Notes under the pieces: model-generated | The model's database searches: none | The model's input: only the letters and a program-made list of their open reading frames with translations | Told to the model about the DNA's origin: nothing | Position numbers and translations under genes: made by a program | In this document: positions 44,423-54,580 of the stretch, piece by piece | How the letters are laid out: each line of letters opens with the position of its first letter | Position numbering within the stretch: the stretch's first letter is position 1 | Assembly (NCBI GenBank): GCA_964019335.1 | Contig: OZ025687.1 | Coordinates: forward strand, 372,001-436,000 | Length of the DNA: 64,000 bases | Source: Diplonema japonicum | Lineage: Eukaryota > Protista > Euglenozoa: Diplonemea | Reading direction: 5' to 3'

Positions 44423-46018
44423 ATGGCGTGCAACCACATGGAGTGCTTTCCTAAAGAAGACGAAAGGTATTTACCGAACCTGTTAAATTCTTGGCAAACA
44501 TGCTTGTTCTGCAAAGCCTGGCTGTGGAGAGGAGGGAGATGGTCCTGTGAAGGGTGCGGCGGTATCGCGCATACTGAGTGCGTCCCAGTAGAAATTAGAA
44601 TAAAAGCCGTAAGGGAAAAGGAGGCACGGGGCTACCCACTGCAACGGGCTGTAGTTCTAAAATGGAACAAACCCGAGAACCTGTCAAACGTGATAAACGC
44701 AGGACCGGAAATAGAAGAATGCACGCAACATCTTCCAAACAGTGCGACGCAAGACAGCATTCCGTTCCAGTACCCGAGCGGAAACCGCATGCAAAAAGCA
44801 GGCCCTCCTGCAGACGTTTCCGCAGGTCTCATAAAATGGCTCCTCCATGATTTCGTAGGCGGTGAGAAACTGTTTAAAAACATCAGTTGGAGCATCACTG
44901 ATATCAGAACTCTGACGGCCATCCACCACCGGAGGTATTTAAGAAGGCTTGTTAACCGCCCGAGGGTGCAAGAAAACCAGTTTTTCAACAATGTTCAAGT
45001 TGCTTTTCGATACGCCGCGGCTGTGTATGGGAACGGGAAGCTGTCAGGAACGGTGTTTGGGGGTGTACAGCTCAACGCAAGCGACTACATGTCCGCGGTG
45101 ATCGATCGGCTTGACTGGGGGAAGCAAAAATGCGGGAAAATCTTGCAATGGTCGTGGCTTCCAAAACCAGGCGAGGACCTTTACGAACCGGGGTATTTTC
45201 TGGGCGTTGATCTACAACGGAAAACAGGCATCTTGTCAGTTAGAGGAACCATTTACACCACCGACCTTCAAATCGATGTAACAGGTGCAAACCGACTGTT
45301 TCTCGATGGGTACGGCCATACTGGGATCATCGAATCCTCTTTGAAACTCTTCTCGTTAGTAGAACACACGGTGTCAGATCTCTTCCTCTCCCCAACGTCG
45401 ATGTACTACGGGTGGCCGTTGATACTGTCTGGGCACAGCCTTGGTGCCGGCGTTATATCCTGCCTCATTCTTCTCTTCAAACATAACGGTTACCTTGATA
45501 AAGGCCTAAAGCTCACCGGGTACGCATTCGGCGTGCCTTCTTGTTTGTCAAAGAACCTTGCCAACGAAATTTCCCCTTACCTAATTAGTATTGTGCACGG
45601 TAAGGACTTCTGCCCGAGAACGAGTATACAAACTCTCCATGATTTGGATTCCGAGATGCGGTACCCTCCAGGTCTTTGGGGCCACGCGCACATCCCAGCT
45701 TCCGTTGCAGCAGCATTGATAACCGTGTTCAGTAGCATGCTTGGGGAAGAAGATCATGTTGTTAGCTGCGGTGAAGAGGAGAGCGAGGTAGATACAGGCA
45801 AGGTTTACCCGCCTGGAACACAGTATTTAATACACACTGTGACATCGGACTCCCAGGAGCAGGCGATGCTCCCGACGTTGCATCCTCACCCTCGAGGATC
45901 TCACGTGCTTTTTGAAATCTCCCCTCAGACGTTGTCCGGGCTATTGCTGTCGCTTTCTATGGTCACGGTGCACCCTTGGAAAGCATATTTGGGGGTTATA
46001 AACTCTCTGAAAATCTAA
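44423..46018 (+). CDS. Lipase class 3 (DAG-lipase-like) with N-terminal C1-like Zn-binding motif, 531 aa
   Basis: LSVRGT, GHTGI, nucleophile elbow SGHSLGAG, AFGVP, IVHGKDFCPR, C-terminal His (VHPW). N-terminal CLFC..WSCEGC..HTEC. Confidence 0.85.
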   Translation: MACNHMECFPKEDERYLPNLLNSWQTCLFCKAWLWRGGRWSCEGCGGIAHTECVPVEIRIKAVREKEARGYPLQRAVVLKWNKPENLSNVINAGPEIEECTQHLPNSATQDSIPFQYPSGNRMQKAGPPADVSAGLIKWLLHDFVGGEKLFKNISWSITDIRTLTAIHHRRYLRRLVNRPRVQENQFFNNVQVAFRYAAAVYGNGKLSGTVFGGVQLNASDYMSAVIDRLDWGKQKCGKILQWSWLPKPGEDLYEPGYFLGVDLQRKTGILSVRGTIYTTDLQIDVTGANRLFLDGYGHTGIIESSLKLFSLVEHTVSDLFLSPTSMYYGWPLILSGHSLGAGVISCLILLFKHNGYLDKGLKLTGYAFGVPSCLSKNLANEISPYLISIVHGKDFCPRTSIQTLHDLDSEMRYPPGLWGHAHIPASVAAALITVFSSMLGEEDHVVSCGEEESEVDTGKVYPPGTQYLIHTVTSDSQEQAMLPTLHPHPRGSHVLFEISPQTLSGLLLSLSMVTVHPWKAYLGVINSLKI

Positions 46019-46225
46019 GGGGGGGCGTCATCCTTTATTTCCCCCCCCCCCTTTTTTTTCTTCGCTCTTTCGAGGTTTTCGTCACAGGGTTTCTGAGGGA
46101 TTTCTTTTTTTTTTTTTCGTTTACACTTTTTTTTTTCCGTTTTTTTTTTTTTCTGAATTCAAATTTCAAAAAAAAAGAGAGAGAGAGAGAGAGAGGGGGG
46201 GGGGGGGGGGGGGGTCAAAGAGGGT

Positions 46226-47143
46226 ATGGATTTCACCGCCACGATAACCAGTTGTTCTTCGTGGACTGACGAACCCTTGCCGACGAAAACCTACAAGTTT
46301 TTCAAAACCAGACAAAATTTGATCAATGAAGTTGCCCCCCTCGTACAGTTTAAGCACAACCCAGAGGACACCATCGCGGAAATGAAGGGCCGGCTTGTCC
46401 GACATTTAAAACGACCGGTAATTCCACAGAAGCAAGTCAGCAGCAAGAGGAACTCAACTATTAACCACGCACGGGGTAGTGCTCTAATCTCGGATTTTGA
46501 AGCAAAGCTGCAGAGGAAGAATGAAGTGAACCAGTTCAACTGGTTTTCAAAAGCGGGCAAGGGACAACCCAGTACCTATGCGTTACTGTTGCTGTCTGGG
46601 TTTGACACATTTCAGGCGGCATGTGAGAATGTTGACCGCCATGTTCTGTATGAACTTCTGGAAATGGTGGACGCTATGAAAGGAACAGGCAAGATCGCCC
46701 TGCATACCTTTAAGAAAGAGCTCGACAATGAAAATACGTGGATTTCGCTGATCAACCGTTTGGACACCAACACCGATATGGTGTTTTCAAAAAGAGCGGT
46801 CACCTCTGCGCTCTCGTACTATCTCGAGAGGACAGAATCGCGGTACTACTATTTCACGGATTTTATCTGTTCCAGTATCCTTCTCCACCAACCCATCTTT
46901 CACATTCCTGACATAAATATTTTCCTTCACAGGGCACAGGCCCTTGCGACCCAGCTACGTGCCACTCTCTACACCAGTTTAGATCGGTGCACCCCTCCCG
47001 ACCTCTCCGTCATCGATGAACTCAAGTCGCTGCAAGATTTTATCAACACCACCGCATGCGGTTCGTCGTCCACAGGCGTCGATTGGGGACGCACTGCAAA
47101 GCACATTGAGTGCCATTGCCCTGGAATCGCTTCTTGTGTATAA
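46226..47143 (+). CDS. Hypothetical protein, 305 aa
   Basis: Long complex-sequence ORF co-oriented with the cluster; no recognised motif. Confidence 0.65.
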   Translation: MDFTATITSCSSWTDEPLPTKTYKFFKTRQNLINEVAPLVQFKHNPEDTIAEMKGRLVRHLKRPVIPQKQVSSKRNSTINHARGSALISDFEAKLQRKNEVNQFNWFSKAGKGQPSTYALLLLSGFDTFQAACENVDRHVLYELLEMVDAMKGTGKIALHTFKKELDNENTWISLINRLDTNTDMVFSKRAVTSALSYYLERTESRYYYFTDFICSSILLHQPIFHIPDINIFLHRAQALATQLRATLYTSLDRCTPPDLSVIDELKSLQDFINTTACGSSSTGVDWGRTAKHIECHCPGIASCV

Positions 47144-47263
47144 AGGGAAGAGTAGTATGAGGGAAGTGTGCCATTTACATGGCTGTTTTTTGTTCCGAGC
47201 AGAAAAAAAAATGCCCCCCCCCCCGTCCCTCTGTGCTATGTCAACTTCAGGGTTTTCACACAA

Positions 47264-47353
47264 ACATCTTAAGACCCGCCGTGTGCGGCCAGGTGTACAC
47301 AACGAATGCAGGGATGCCTGTCGACGATGCGAGGAACTCCCAGACGTTGGGGA
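47264..47353 (+). pseudogene. 5' fragment of the catalase gene (ATG to ATC, 24-nt deletion)
   Basis: Matches the catalase start region 48933-49046 apart from the start-codon change and a 24-nt deletion between GCCGT direct repeats. Confidence 0.85.
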
Positions 47354-47794
47354 ACAGAAAGTAAAAGCAACCGAGTTTGCAACTCAGGCAGAAGTTCTTC
47401 TCAGTCATCGCTGGCGCTTTACAGCGCGAACCACGTCTGTAGCCGTGTAGCTTGCGTTGAGTGGCTACACACCAATTAAGAGCACATGACTTTCATCCTT
47501 TTTAATATCATGAAAGTAGTAGCCGCAGTGCTGTTGTTCGTAAAGAGGATTCATGACAAGAGAAGGGTCCCCACAGTCGTCACAGGTATACGAAGCACTT
47601 TTAGCAATACCCTTCCGGGGGCTTGAATCTCATGAAATCCTTTTGCCCTTCTTTCTATCTTCGGGTCACTGGTGTCCTCTTCACCGACCTACTACTCACT
47701 AGCTTCTCTTTTATATTGTCAAACACTTCATCGAAGCGAAGGCACTACAGGTGATTCATCGTTTTCACAACACGACCCAATTCTCAGTCAAAAC

Positions 47795-48307
47795 ATGAAG
47801 GCTGTGCTCGCTGTGCTATTGGCTGTGGTGGTGTGCATGTGTCTGGGACAAGAAGGCCCTGAAGGGAGCAGGAAGGAAAGTGGTGTAGAGAAGGGTGCGG
47901 AGGGGAACCACAACGAAGGTGCTGACCGTGGACAGGGCGAGGCTGCCCACAAGGAGGGAGCAGACAGGGGACAGGGAGAGGCTGCCCACAACGAAGGTGC
48001 TGACCGTGGGCTCAGCGAGACGAACCACACGGAAGGCGGAGACCGTGCACACGAAGGCGGCGAGGGGGGTGAGGGTGAGGGTGAGGGCGAGGGCGAGAGC
48101 AGCAAAGCACTGAAGGTAGTCATCGGTGTGTGCATCGGAGTGCTATCAGTCGTGCTATGTGCTGCAGGTGGCTACGCCGCAAAGTGCTACATGGACAAGA
48201 AGTCTGCCGCAAGCGCATCAGTGGCAAATGCCCCAACTGAGCTCACCCCGAAGTCAAAAGAGGTCGAACTTATCGTAGCTGTGGACAGCAGCCTGCAGGA
48301 ACAGTAA
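47795..48307 (+). CDS. Small type I membrane protein with E/G/H-rich 13-aa repeats, 170 aa
   Basis: Signal peptide MKAVLAVLLAVVVCMCLG, repeats H[NK]EGADRGQGEAA, TM VVIGVCIGVLSVVLCAAGGYAA, short cytoplasmic tail. Confidence 0.75.
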   Translation: MKAVLAVLLAVVVCMCLGQEGPEGSRKESGVEKGAEGNHNEGADRGQGEAAHKEGADRGQGEAAHNEGADRGLSETNHTEGGDRAHEGGEGGEGEGEGEGESSKALKVVIGVCIGVLSVVLCAAGGYAAKCYMDKKSAASASVANAPTELTPKSKEVELIVAVDSSLQEQ

Positions 48308-48394
48308 GCGATGGGGAAGACTTTCCTTTGTCGTGACAAAGACCCACACACTCCTTTTTCATCAACTTTGCTTGCGCTGCAGCAAGCAGATAGT

Positions 48395-48430
48395 GCATGC
48401 AGTACTTATCTCAGGATTTGTACCGTGTGC
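48395..48430 (+). repeat. Dispersed 36-bp repeat (copy 2), hairpin-forming
   Basis: Matches 42976-43011. GCATGCAGTAC pairs with GTACCGTGTGC at 10 of 11 positions, including G-U pairs. Confidence 0.8.
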
Positions 48431-48934
48431 ACAAAGCAAAATGCTGAGTACAAACCTTTTTTTAATTTCTTATTTCTACTCAAAGAAATAAAAAGATGAA
48501 GAAAAAAAACTAAACTATCGCATTACACAAATGGAAAATATGAATTGAAAAAATAAATAAAGAAAGAAAAAGACAAAAATAACTTGAACTTTTGCATACG
48601 CACGAGGAAGCAGCGAGGTACACACAACACCTGGCTGCCCTCTTGCACTTGATAAACGGGCCCACGGCGGGCCCCACTCCTCTCTTTTCTGTACTTCTTT
48701 TAACTAATGTTCACAGCATGCAACACGGTGCTTCAAGTGATACACATAAACATATAAAACAATGAACGGAACTGAACCGAACATACCAACCCTTACTCCA
48801 CCGCACACCCAGCAGGGGTGCTTGTGGTACAGAACCATTTCTCTCTCTTTACCTCTCTTTCTTTTTATTTGTTCTTTTTTTTTTTTTTTACCATTCCACA
48901 CAACTTCTCCTTCAACTAGGATTTATTATAAGAC

Positions 48935-50548
48935 ATGTTAAGACCCGCCGTCTTACTACTGCTGTCGACGGCCGTGTGCGGCCAGGTGTACACAACGAAT
49001 GCAGGGATGCCTGTCGACGATGCGAGGAACTCCCAGACGTTGGGGAGCAACGGGCCCATTCTGCTTCAGGACGCCCTGCTGATGGAGAGGCTCCAGGTAC
49101 ACAACAGGGAAAGGACACCAGAGAGGAACGTGCACGCAAGAGGCGCCGCTGCAAAGGGCACCTTCACCCTGACGAAAGATATGTCGCAGTACACAATGGC
49201 AAAGGTGTTCCAGGGGGCAGGAAAGACAACACCCATAGCAGCACGATGGAGCACTGTTATCCATTCGAAGGGCAGCCCCGAGTTCCTGAGGGACCCACGC
49301 GGGTTCGCTTTGAAGCTGTACACCGAAGAGGGCAACTACGACGTTGTGGGGCTGAACTTCCCTGTGTTCTTCATCAGGGACGGGATCCGCTTCCCCGAGA
49401 TGATCCGCGCCCTGAAGCCCAACCCCCTGAGGGGAGTGCAAGAGTGGTGGAGGATCTGGGACTACTTCAGCAACTTCCCCGAGTCCCTCCACATGTTCAC
49501 CTGGCTCATGGACGATGTGGGCATTCCTGCAAACTACAGGCAGCTCCCTGGGTACGGTGTGCACACCTTCAAATGGATCAACAGTGCGGGGAAAGCGATG
49601 TGGGTGCGCTACACGTACAAGTCGTGGCAGGGTGAGGCGAACCTGCAGGATGCGCAGGCTGTGAAGAAGCAGTTCAACTTCGCGACGATGGACCTGTACG
49701 ACCAGATCAAGTCGGGGAACTCGTCCAAGTGCAGCCCCACCAACTACCAGCTCAACTGCGCTGGGTGGACCTTCCAGGTGCAGATGATCGACCCTACCAA
49801 CACCACCTTCATGAACGGGCTGAGCTTCAACCCTTTGGACACGTCGAAGATGTGGCCCACGGACCTGATCCCCCTGCAGGACGTGGGGCACTTCGTGTTC
49901 GACACAAACCCCGCGTCGCAGTTCCTTGAGAACGAGCAAATCGCCTTCTCCCCGTCGAGGATGGTGCCGGGGATCGAGCCTTCCGATGAGAAGATGCTGC
50001 AGACGCGTCTGTACGCCTACGCGGACACGCAGAGGTACCGCATTGGGGTCAACAACCAGATGCTGCCCATCAACCGCCCGCAGTGCCCTTTCTACGACCA
50101 GCATGTTGACGGTGCGATGCACTACACAGAGGCGGGGAACGCGGTCAGGGAGGTCAACTACTTCCCCAGCACGCAGGACAAGTCCGTACACGAGGCGAGC
50201 CCGTACCCCCATGACCCTGAGGTGTACAACAACGTGAAGAAGGTGAGGGAGATGATCCACAAGACAGATGACTTTGAACAGCCGGGGCAGCGATACAGGG
50301 CTATGGATGCTGCCAGACAGGACAGGCTGGCTCACAGGCTCGGGATGGCACTGTCCGGAGTGCGTACCACCGAGGAGGTCCTGAACATCTGGCTCAACTG
50401 GTGGACCAAGGTCGACCCCCAGCTCGGTGCCGCCGTCCGCAGCTACCTCACCCAGCACCAGAACCTCCACACTCTGCCCTCTGAGGACAGGTCTCGCCTT
50501 GGGGAGTTTGCGGATGCTTTCTTCAAAGCGTCTGGTTCGCAGGCTTGA
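48935..50548 (+). CDS. CAT: Monofunctional heme catalase (small-subunit, clade-1/plant-like) with signal peptide; distal Asn replaced by Leu
   Basis: RERTPERNVHARG (distal His67), RDPRGFA, VGLNFPVFFIRDG, RLYAYADTQRYRIG (proximal Tyr). N-terminus MLRPAVLLLLSTAVCG; no C-terminal SKL-type signal. Confidence 0.95.
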   Translation: MLRPAVLLLLSTAVCGQVYTTNAGMPVDDARNSQTLGSNGPILLQDALLMERLQVHNRERTPERNVHARGAAAKGTFTLTKDMSQYTMAKVFQGAGKTTPIAARWSTVIHSKGSPEFLRDPRGFALKLYTEEGNYDVVGLNFPVFFIRDGIRFPEMIRALKPNPLRGVQEWWRIWDYFSNFPESLHMFTWLMDDVGIPANYRQLPGYGVHTFKWINSAGKAMWVRYTYKSWQGEANLQDAQAVKKQFNFATMDLYDQIKSGNSSKCSPTNYQLNCAGWTFQVQMIDPTNTTFMNGLSFNPLDTSKMWPTDLIPLQDVGHFVFDTNPASQFLENEQIAFSPSRMVPGIEPSDEKMLQTRLYAYADTQRYRIGVNNQMLPINRPQCPFYDQHVDGAMHYTEAGNAVREVNYFPSTQDKSVHEASPYPHDPEVYNNVKKVREMIHKTDDFEQPGQRYRAMDAARQDRLAHRLGMALSGVRTTEEVLNIWLNWWTKVDPQLGAAVRSYLTQHQNLHTLPSEDRSRLGEFADAFFKASGSQA

Positions 50549-51068
50549 GAACAAAGAAAAAAGAAGAGAAACAAAAAGAGAAAAAAAAAAGAAAAACCGT
50601 CGTGTTCTTGACTCCTTCCCTCTCCTTCTCTGCAGCCCCTTCACTCCATTGAATTCGAACTATCGTTTTTTTTTTTTGTTTTGGTTTCGGTAACTCAAAA
50701 AGGGGGAAAACTTTTCGGCATGTTAATTCCTTCTATTTCCTTTTCACCCCTTCCGCAACATCGTTCGAAAACCGTGTAAGGGGGGGTGTTGTGAACCCTT
50801 TGTTGGTAGTTTTGCCCTCTCCCCTGCTTTCCCTCGAAATTCGGATCGGTGTTCCGATCGATCATTATCTCTGAACAGGAAGTGGGAGGAGGGGGTACCA
50901 AAGTACCAACGAGGCCAGGTGCAATAAAAAAAAAGAGAAACCGCCTCCCCTTTCAGCGTGGAATGTCATTTTACCTCTCTCTTCAACAATTTTTTTTTTT
51001 TTTTAAATATATAATACGACAACGACAACAAAAAAAGGAAGAAGAAGAGGGGTGGGTTAAAAAAAAAA

Positions 51069-51956
51069 ATGGAAGAAGATGATTTCGTGGTAGTAGGGAA
51101 ACCCTCGGGTGATGGTGTCAAGGATTTTGTGGGGTTCGGTGAAGCAGAGGAGTCAACAGGCGAGCTACAAGAAGAAGCGTATATAAAGGTTTTAAAGAGG
51201 GACAAGAAAGAGGAGGTGATGCTGTTTCTTGACAGAGATGTGTACGAGATGGATGTTCTAAAGGATTTCCGGGACGGCAGGTCCAGCGTGTGGAAGCAGT
51301 TCGGTACCGACGTGCACCGCCAACTGCTGATGATTGACGGCCTCAACATGCGTGAAAGCAGTATCCCCGACATAGTTAAACGGATGATATCTGTAACCGC
51401 AAGGGTACTATGCAAAAGACAGAGCGTACAAACGCGAGCACCGTCGGTGGTTTCATATATAACAAGTTACCTCTCACCCCCTCAGTCAGGCGAAGCAGGT
51501 GCAGACTTGCTTCCCTCCATGACCGTAAATGCTTATGAAAGCCATGAAATAGTAGTAACATCCCCTCTGCCTGATGTGTCGCCTTCAGGGGTGCCAGCCA
51601 TCACTCCCGAGAACTCTGCTATTATGCGGTATGTTGATACGCTCGCGATCTTCTGCCAGCAGGGTGTCCTCGGCCTCGTATTTGAGATATTGAATAAACA
51701 GTACTCGCAGTTTAACTACAATGTTTACGTGGACAATTGCACCACGCAGCAGGGTACGCCTGTTGTTTCGATCACAGAAGGTCTCTCTGATGAGGGGCAC
51801 CCGGAGGTCCTCGTCAGCATTCAAAAGCTTTTCAGGCTCTTCCAAATAGACAACGATCAGATCACGGGGGCCACCGACATCGGGTTTGTGCGGGCCGAGC
51901 TTGAACTCGGTTTGTTTTCACGGCAAAAAGTGCAGCTTAAACTGCAAGGTTCGTGA
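51069..51956 (+). CDS. Hypothetical protein, 295 aa
   Basis: ATG follows an A-run; long complex ORF co-oriented with the cluster. Confidence 0.7.
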   Translation: MEEDDFVVVGKPSGDGVKDFVGFGEAEESTGELQEEAYIKVLKRDKKEEVMLFLDRDVYEMDVLKDFRDGRSSVWKQFGTDVHRQLLMIDGLNMRESSIPDIVKRMISVTARVLCKRQSVQTRAPSVVSYITSYLSPPQSGEAGADLLPSMTVNAYESHEIVVTSPLPDVSPSGVPAITPENSAIMRYVDTLAIFCQQGVLGLVFEILNKQYSQFNYNVYVDNCTTQQGTPVVSITEGLSDEGHPEVLVSIQKLFRLFQIDNDQITGATDIGFVRAELELGLFSRQKVQLKLQGS

Positions 51957-52060
51957 ATAGAATATTAAAACACTGTGCTATAAATATATATTCTTTTTTT
52001 TTCTTTCTTCTTACTCTCCTCTCTCTCTTCTTATATACGATACACACTCACATTTACTTC

Positions 52061-52096
<36 letters not shown>

Positions 52097-52180
52097 TCGT
52101 GGGGAAGAAAAAAAAATCCAGGAAAAAAAAAAAAAAAAAAAAAAAAAAAACACCCCCCCCGACCAAGGGATGCATCCTGA

Positions 52181-52827
52181 ATGAACACCGGGGGTGTAGT
52201 ATGGTTGACTCTTGGAGGTGTTTTGTGTTGTTTGAGCATCGTGGGATTTCTGGTGTTTCTGTACAAAATGAAGATTGGGAGAGCGGAGCGAGAGGAACCT
52301 GACGTGACGGCGACGAGCTACATAACTGAGCCTGTCCCGTCTTGGGTGGATATGGACTGCGAGGTTAAAAAGAGTCTGTCGAAGAACCAAGTGGCTCTGG
52401 TAAGGCTTATCTTACATCAATGCAAGGTGAAGAGGCTCCTGCCAGGGGCCCCGCACACAGACTGCGTTATTTGCATGGACGCGGCCACCGTCCCTACAGC
52501 TTCTCTAGGCGACAGGACCTTGACGCCACCCCTGACTCCTTCGCTTGACCCAAATCAAACACCGCATCTACCCTATGGTGATGATGGACATCTTACTGCT
52601 TTTGACGATTCAGAGAACCCTCTTGGCTGCCACCACACTTCGCGGCAATGGACTACGTTGCCTTGTAAACACTCTTTTCACGAGGGGTGTCTTGGGGTGT
52701 GTTTTGGAGGAAAAAAAAAAAAAAAAAAAAACAGACCTGGCTTATCACGGAGTTCGAGCATTGTATTGACCCGACCTGCCCCATTTGCAGACAGGGCATC
52801 ATGGAGTTAATTTGGCCGGTTTCATAG
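52181..52827 (+). CDS. Membrane-anchored RING-H2 E3 ubiquitin ligase (202 aa)
   Basis: N-terminal TM. CVIC..LPCKHSFHEGCLG|TWL..CPICR is completed by removing intron 52697-52734. Confidence 0.85.
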
Positions 52828-53704
52828 AGGGGGGGGGGATAAAAATGTTTCATATAAAAAAAATTAGTCACTTACACCCACCCATTATCCTTTTTTTTCT
52901 TGCCCCTTGTCTTTTGTTAGTACCTCTTATTCTAAAAAAAAAAAAAAAAAAAAAAGTAGTTATTTGCTTCTTATCTTCTGAAAGAGCTCACCCCTTTCCT
53001 CACACACATCCTTTTTCTTCTTCTTTTTTTTCCCCCCTCCAAATATAAATAGTTTTTTTTTTTTTGCCACTTTTTTCTGGATAAAGGTTTTAAAAGGTTT
53101 AAGGTAGCATTAAAGGGGGGGAAGTAAATAAGAAACGGGGTTGGAAAAAAAAAACTGGGATCAGAATTCTGGATTTGAAAACCAAGCTCATCAATATGTG
53201 AATTTACTTCCATCCAAGGCCTAATCCATACCAGTCGAAGAGGGAAGAAGAGAGTCTCCCGTGCAATATCTCAAAACGTGGACCGACTTCAGGGGGGAAA
53301 AATTAAGCGGCCAACGGAGAAGGACGAAGGAGCGCGAGATCCCTGTCTTGGCTATAAAAGATTTGGTGCTCAATTTCTGGAAAGTGGGGTAAAATTACTT
53401 ACTTGCTGCCGGATTATTATGGCCATTCCTTTCACTCTTGAACCTTTTTTTTTTTTTTTTTCTCGGTTCTCGATGAGTGAAATTATGGCCATAATCTGTT
53501 GGCAATAAAAATAGCTTTAAAAAAGGGAAAGAAGAAACACTTTTTTTTTTTTTTTGCTATCTGGCACTCCCCCCTTTTTTTGTGAAGTCATTTGGGCTGG
53601 TTGCTTTTATTTATTTGCAAAAAAAAAAGAAAAAAAAAAAAGACCGCAAACCAGAGCTCTGAATTGCGCGACGCTTCAAAAATGCAAAAAAAAAGGGGGG
53701 GGGA

Positions 53705-54008
53705 AAGGAAAAGCCCCATTCACGGTAAAAAAAAGTCTTTTTTCCCAGTCTGTGAGCAGAATTGTTACCCCCTCTATTCACGGTAACACTCGAAACTTTT
53801 CTATTCCACCAAAAAGGGTTGGGGGGGTTTTTTTGATAAAGTTTCCACTAAAACCATGTAGAGTGGTGCTTTGATCCATCCAGCGCAACCATAGTTTTAA
53901 GTACTTTTTACTTTTCCTCAAAAGAGCAAAACTGTGGTCAGGTAACCGTGGATGGTGGATGGAAAAACAATTTTTTTTTTTCCACTTACCGTGAAGGGTG
54001 TTTTTCGG
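53705..54008. mobile_element. Degenerate foldback/MITE remnant
   Basis: GGAAAAGCCCCATTCACGGTAA matches the reverse complement of TTACCGTGAAGGGTGTTTTTC. A second inner pair is TATTCACGGTAAC / GTAACCGTGGATG. Confidence 0.4.
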
Positions 54009-54580
54009 GAAAAGGGAGAGAAATGCGAGAACAACATACAAAAAAAAAAAAAACACCCCCCTGCCCCCTTTGCCATATCCTCTTTTATTTACTTATTACT
54101 TTATTACTGTAAAAGAAAAAAAAAATATTGACGTTCAACATAAAAAACCTCCTTACGCAAAGGGGGTGGGGGGGTTTTTTTTTTTCAAGGGTGGTTAACT
54201 GCCCTGACAGTACGGAATAACCCCTGTGGGTTGGCAGTGGATGTGAACCAGCTTTTAGGCTTTTATATTTGAGCTCTTTTCCTGCACAGTACCTCATCCA
54301 GGAGTCAAGGACGGGGGGGGGGGGGGGAGAACATTTATCCCCCATTGACGTCATTTTTTTTTTACAGTATTTTTTTTTCCTTTCCCCCTCTCACCTTGCC
54401 CCCATCTTCTGATTTGTTTTTATTTTTATTTATTTATCCCCCCCTCTTTTTTTATTCTCTTCACTATTTTCTTCTAACATAGAACAAGTTATTCTGCCAC
54501 CACATTTATAAAAAAAAAAAAAGAAAAAAAAAATAACAAAAAAAAAATCAGGAGGGGCAGAGAAGAAAAAAAAAAGGAAA

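Noticed and set aside
48680-48705. TTTCTGTACTT similarity to the euglenozoan spliced-leader 3' end
   Set aside because: Only 11 nt within a pyrimidine tract; the rest of the leader and the GT donor are absent.
48956-50644. 562-aa antisense ORF over catalase, and similar antisense ORFs over the WSC, FAH and RRM genes
   Set aside because: Shadow ORFs caused by high GC3 codon bias of the sense gene.
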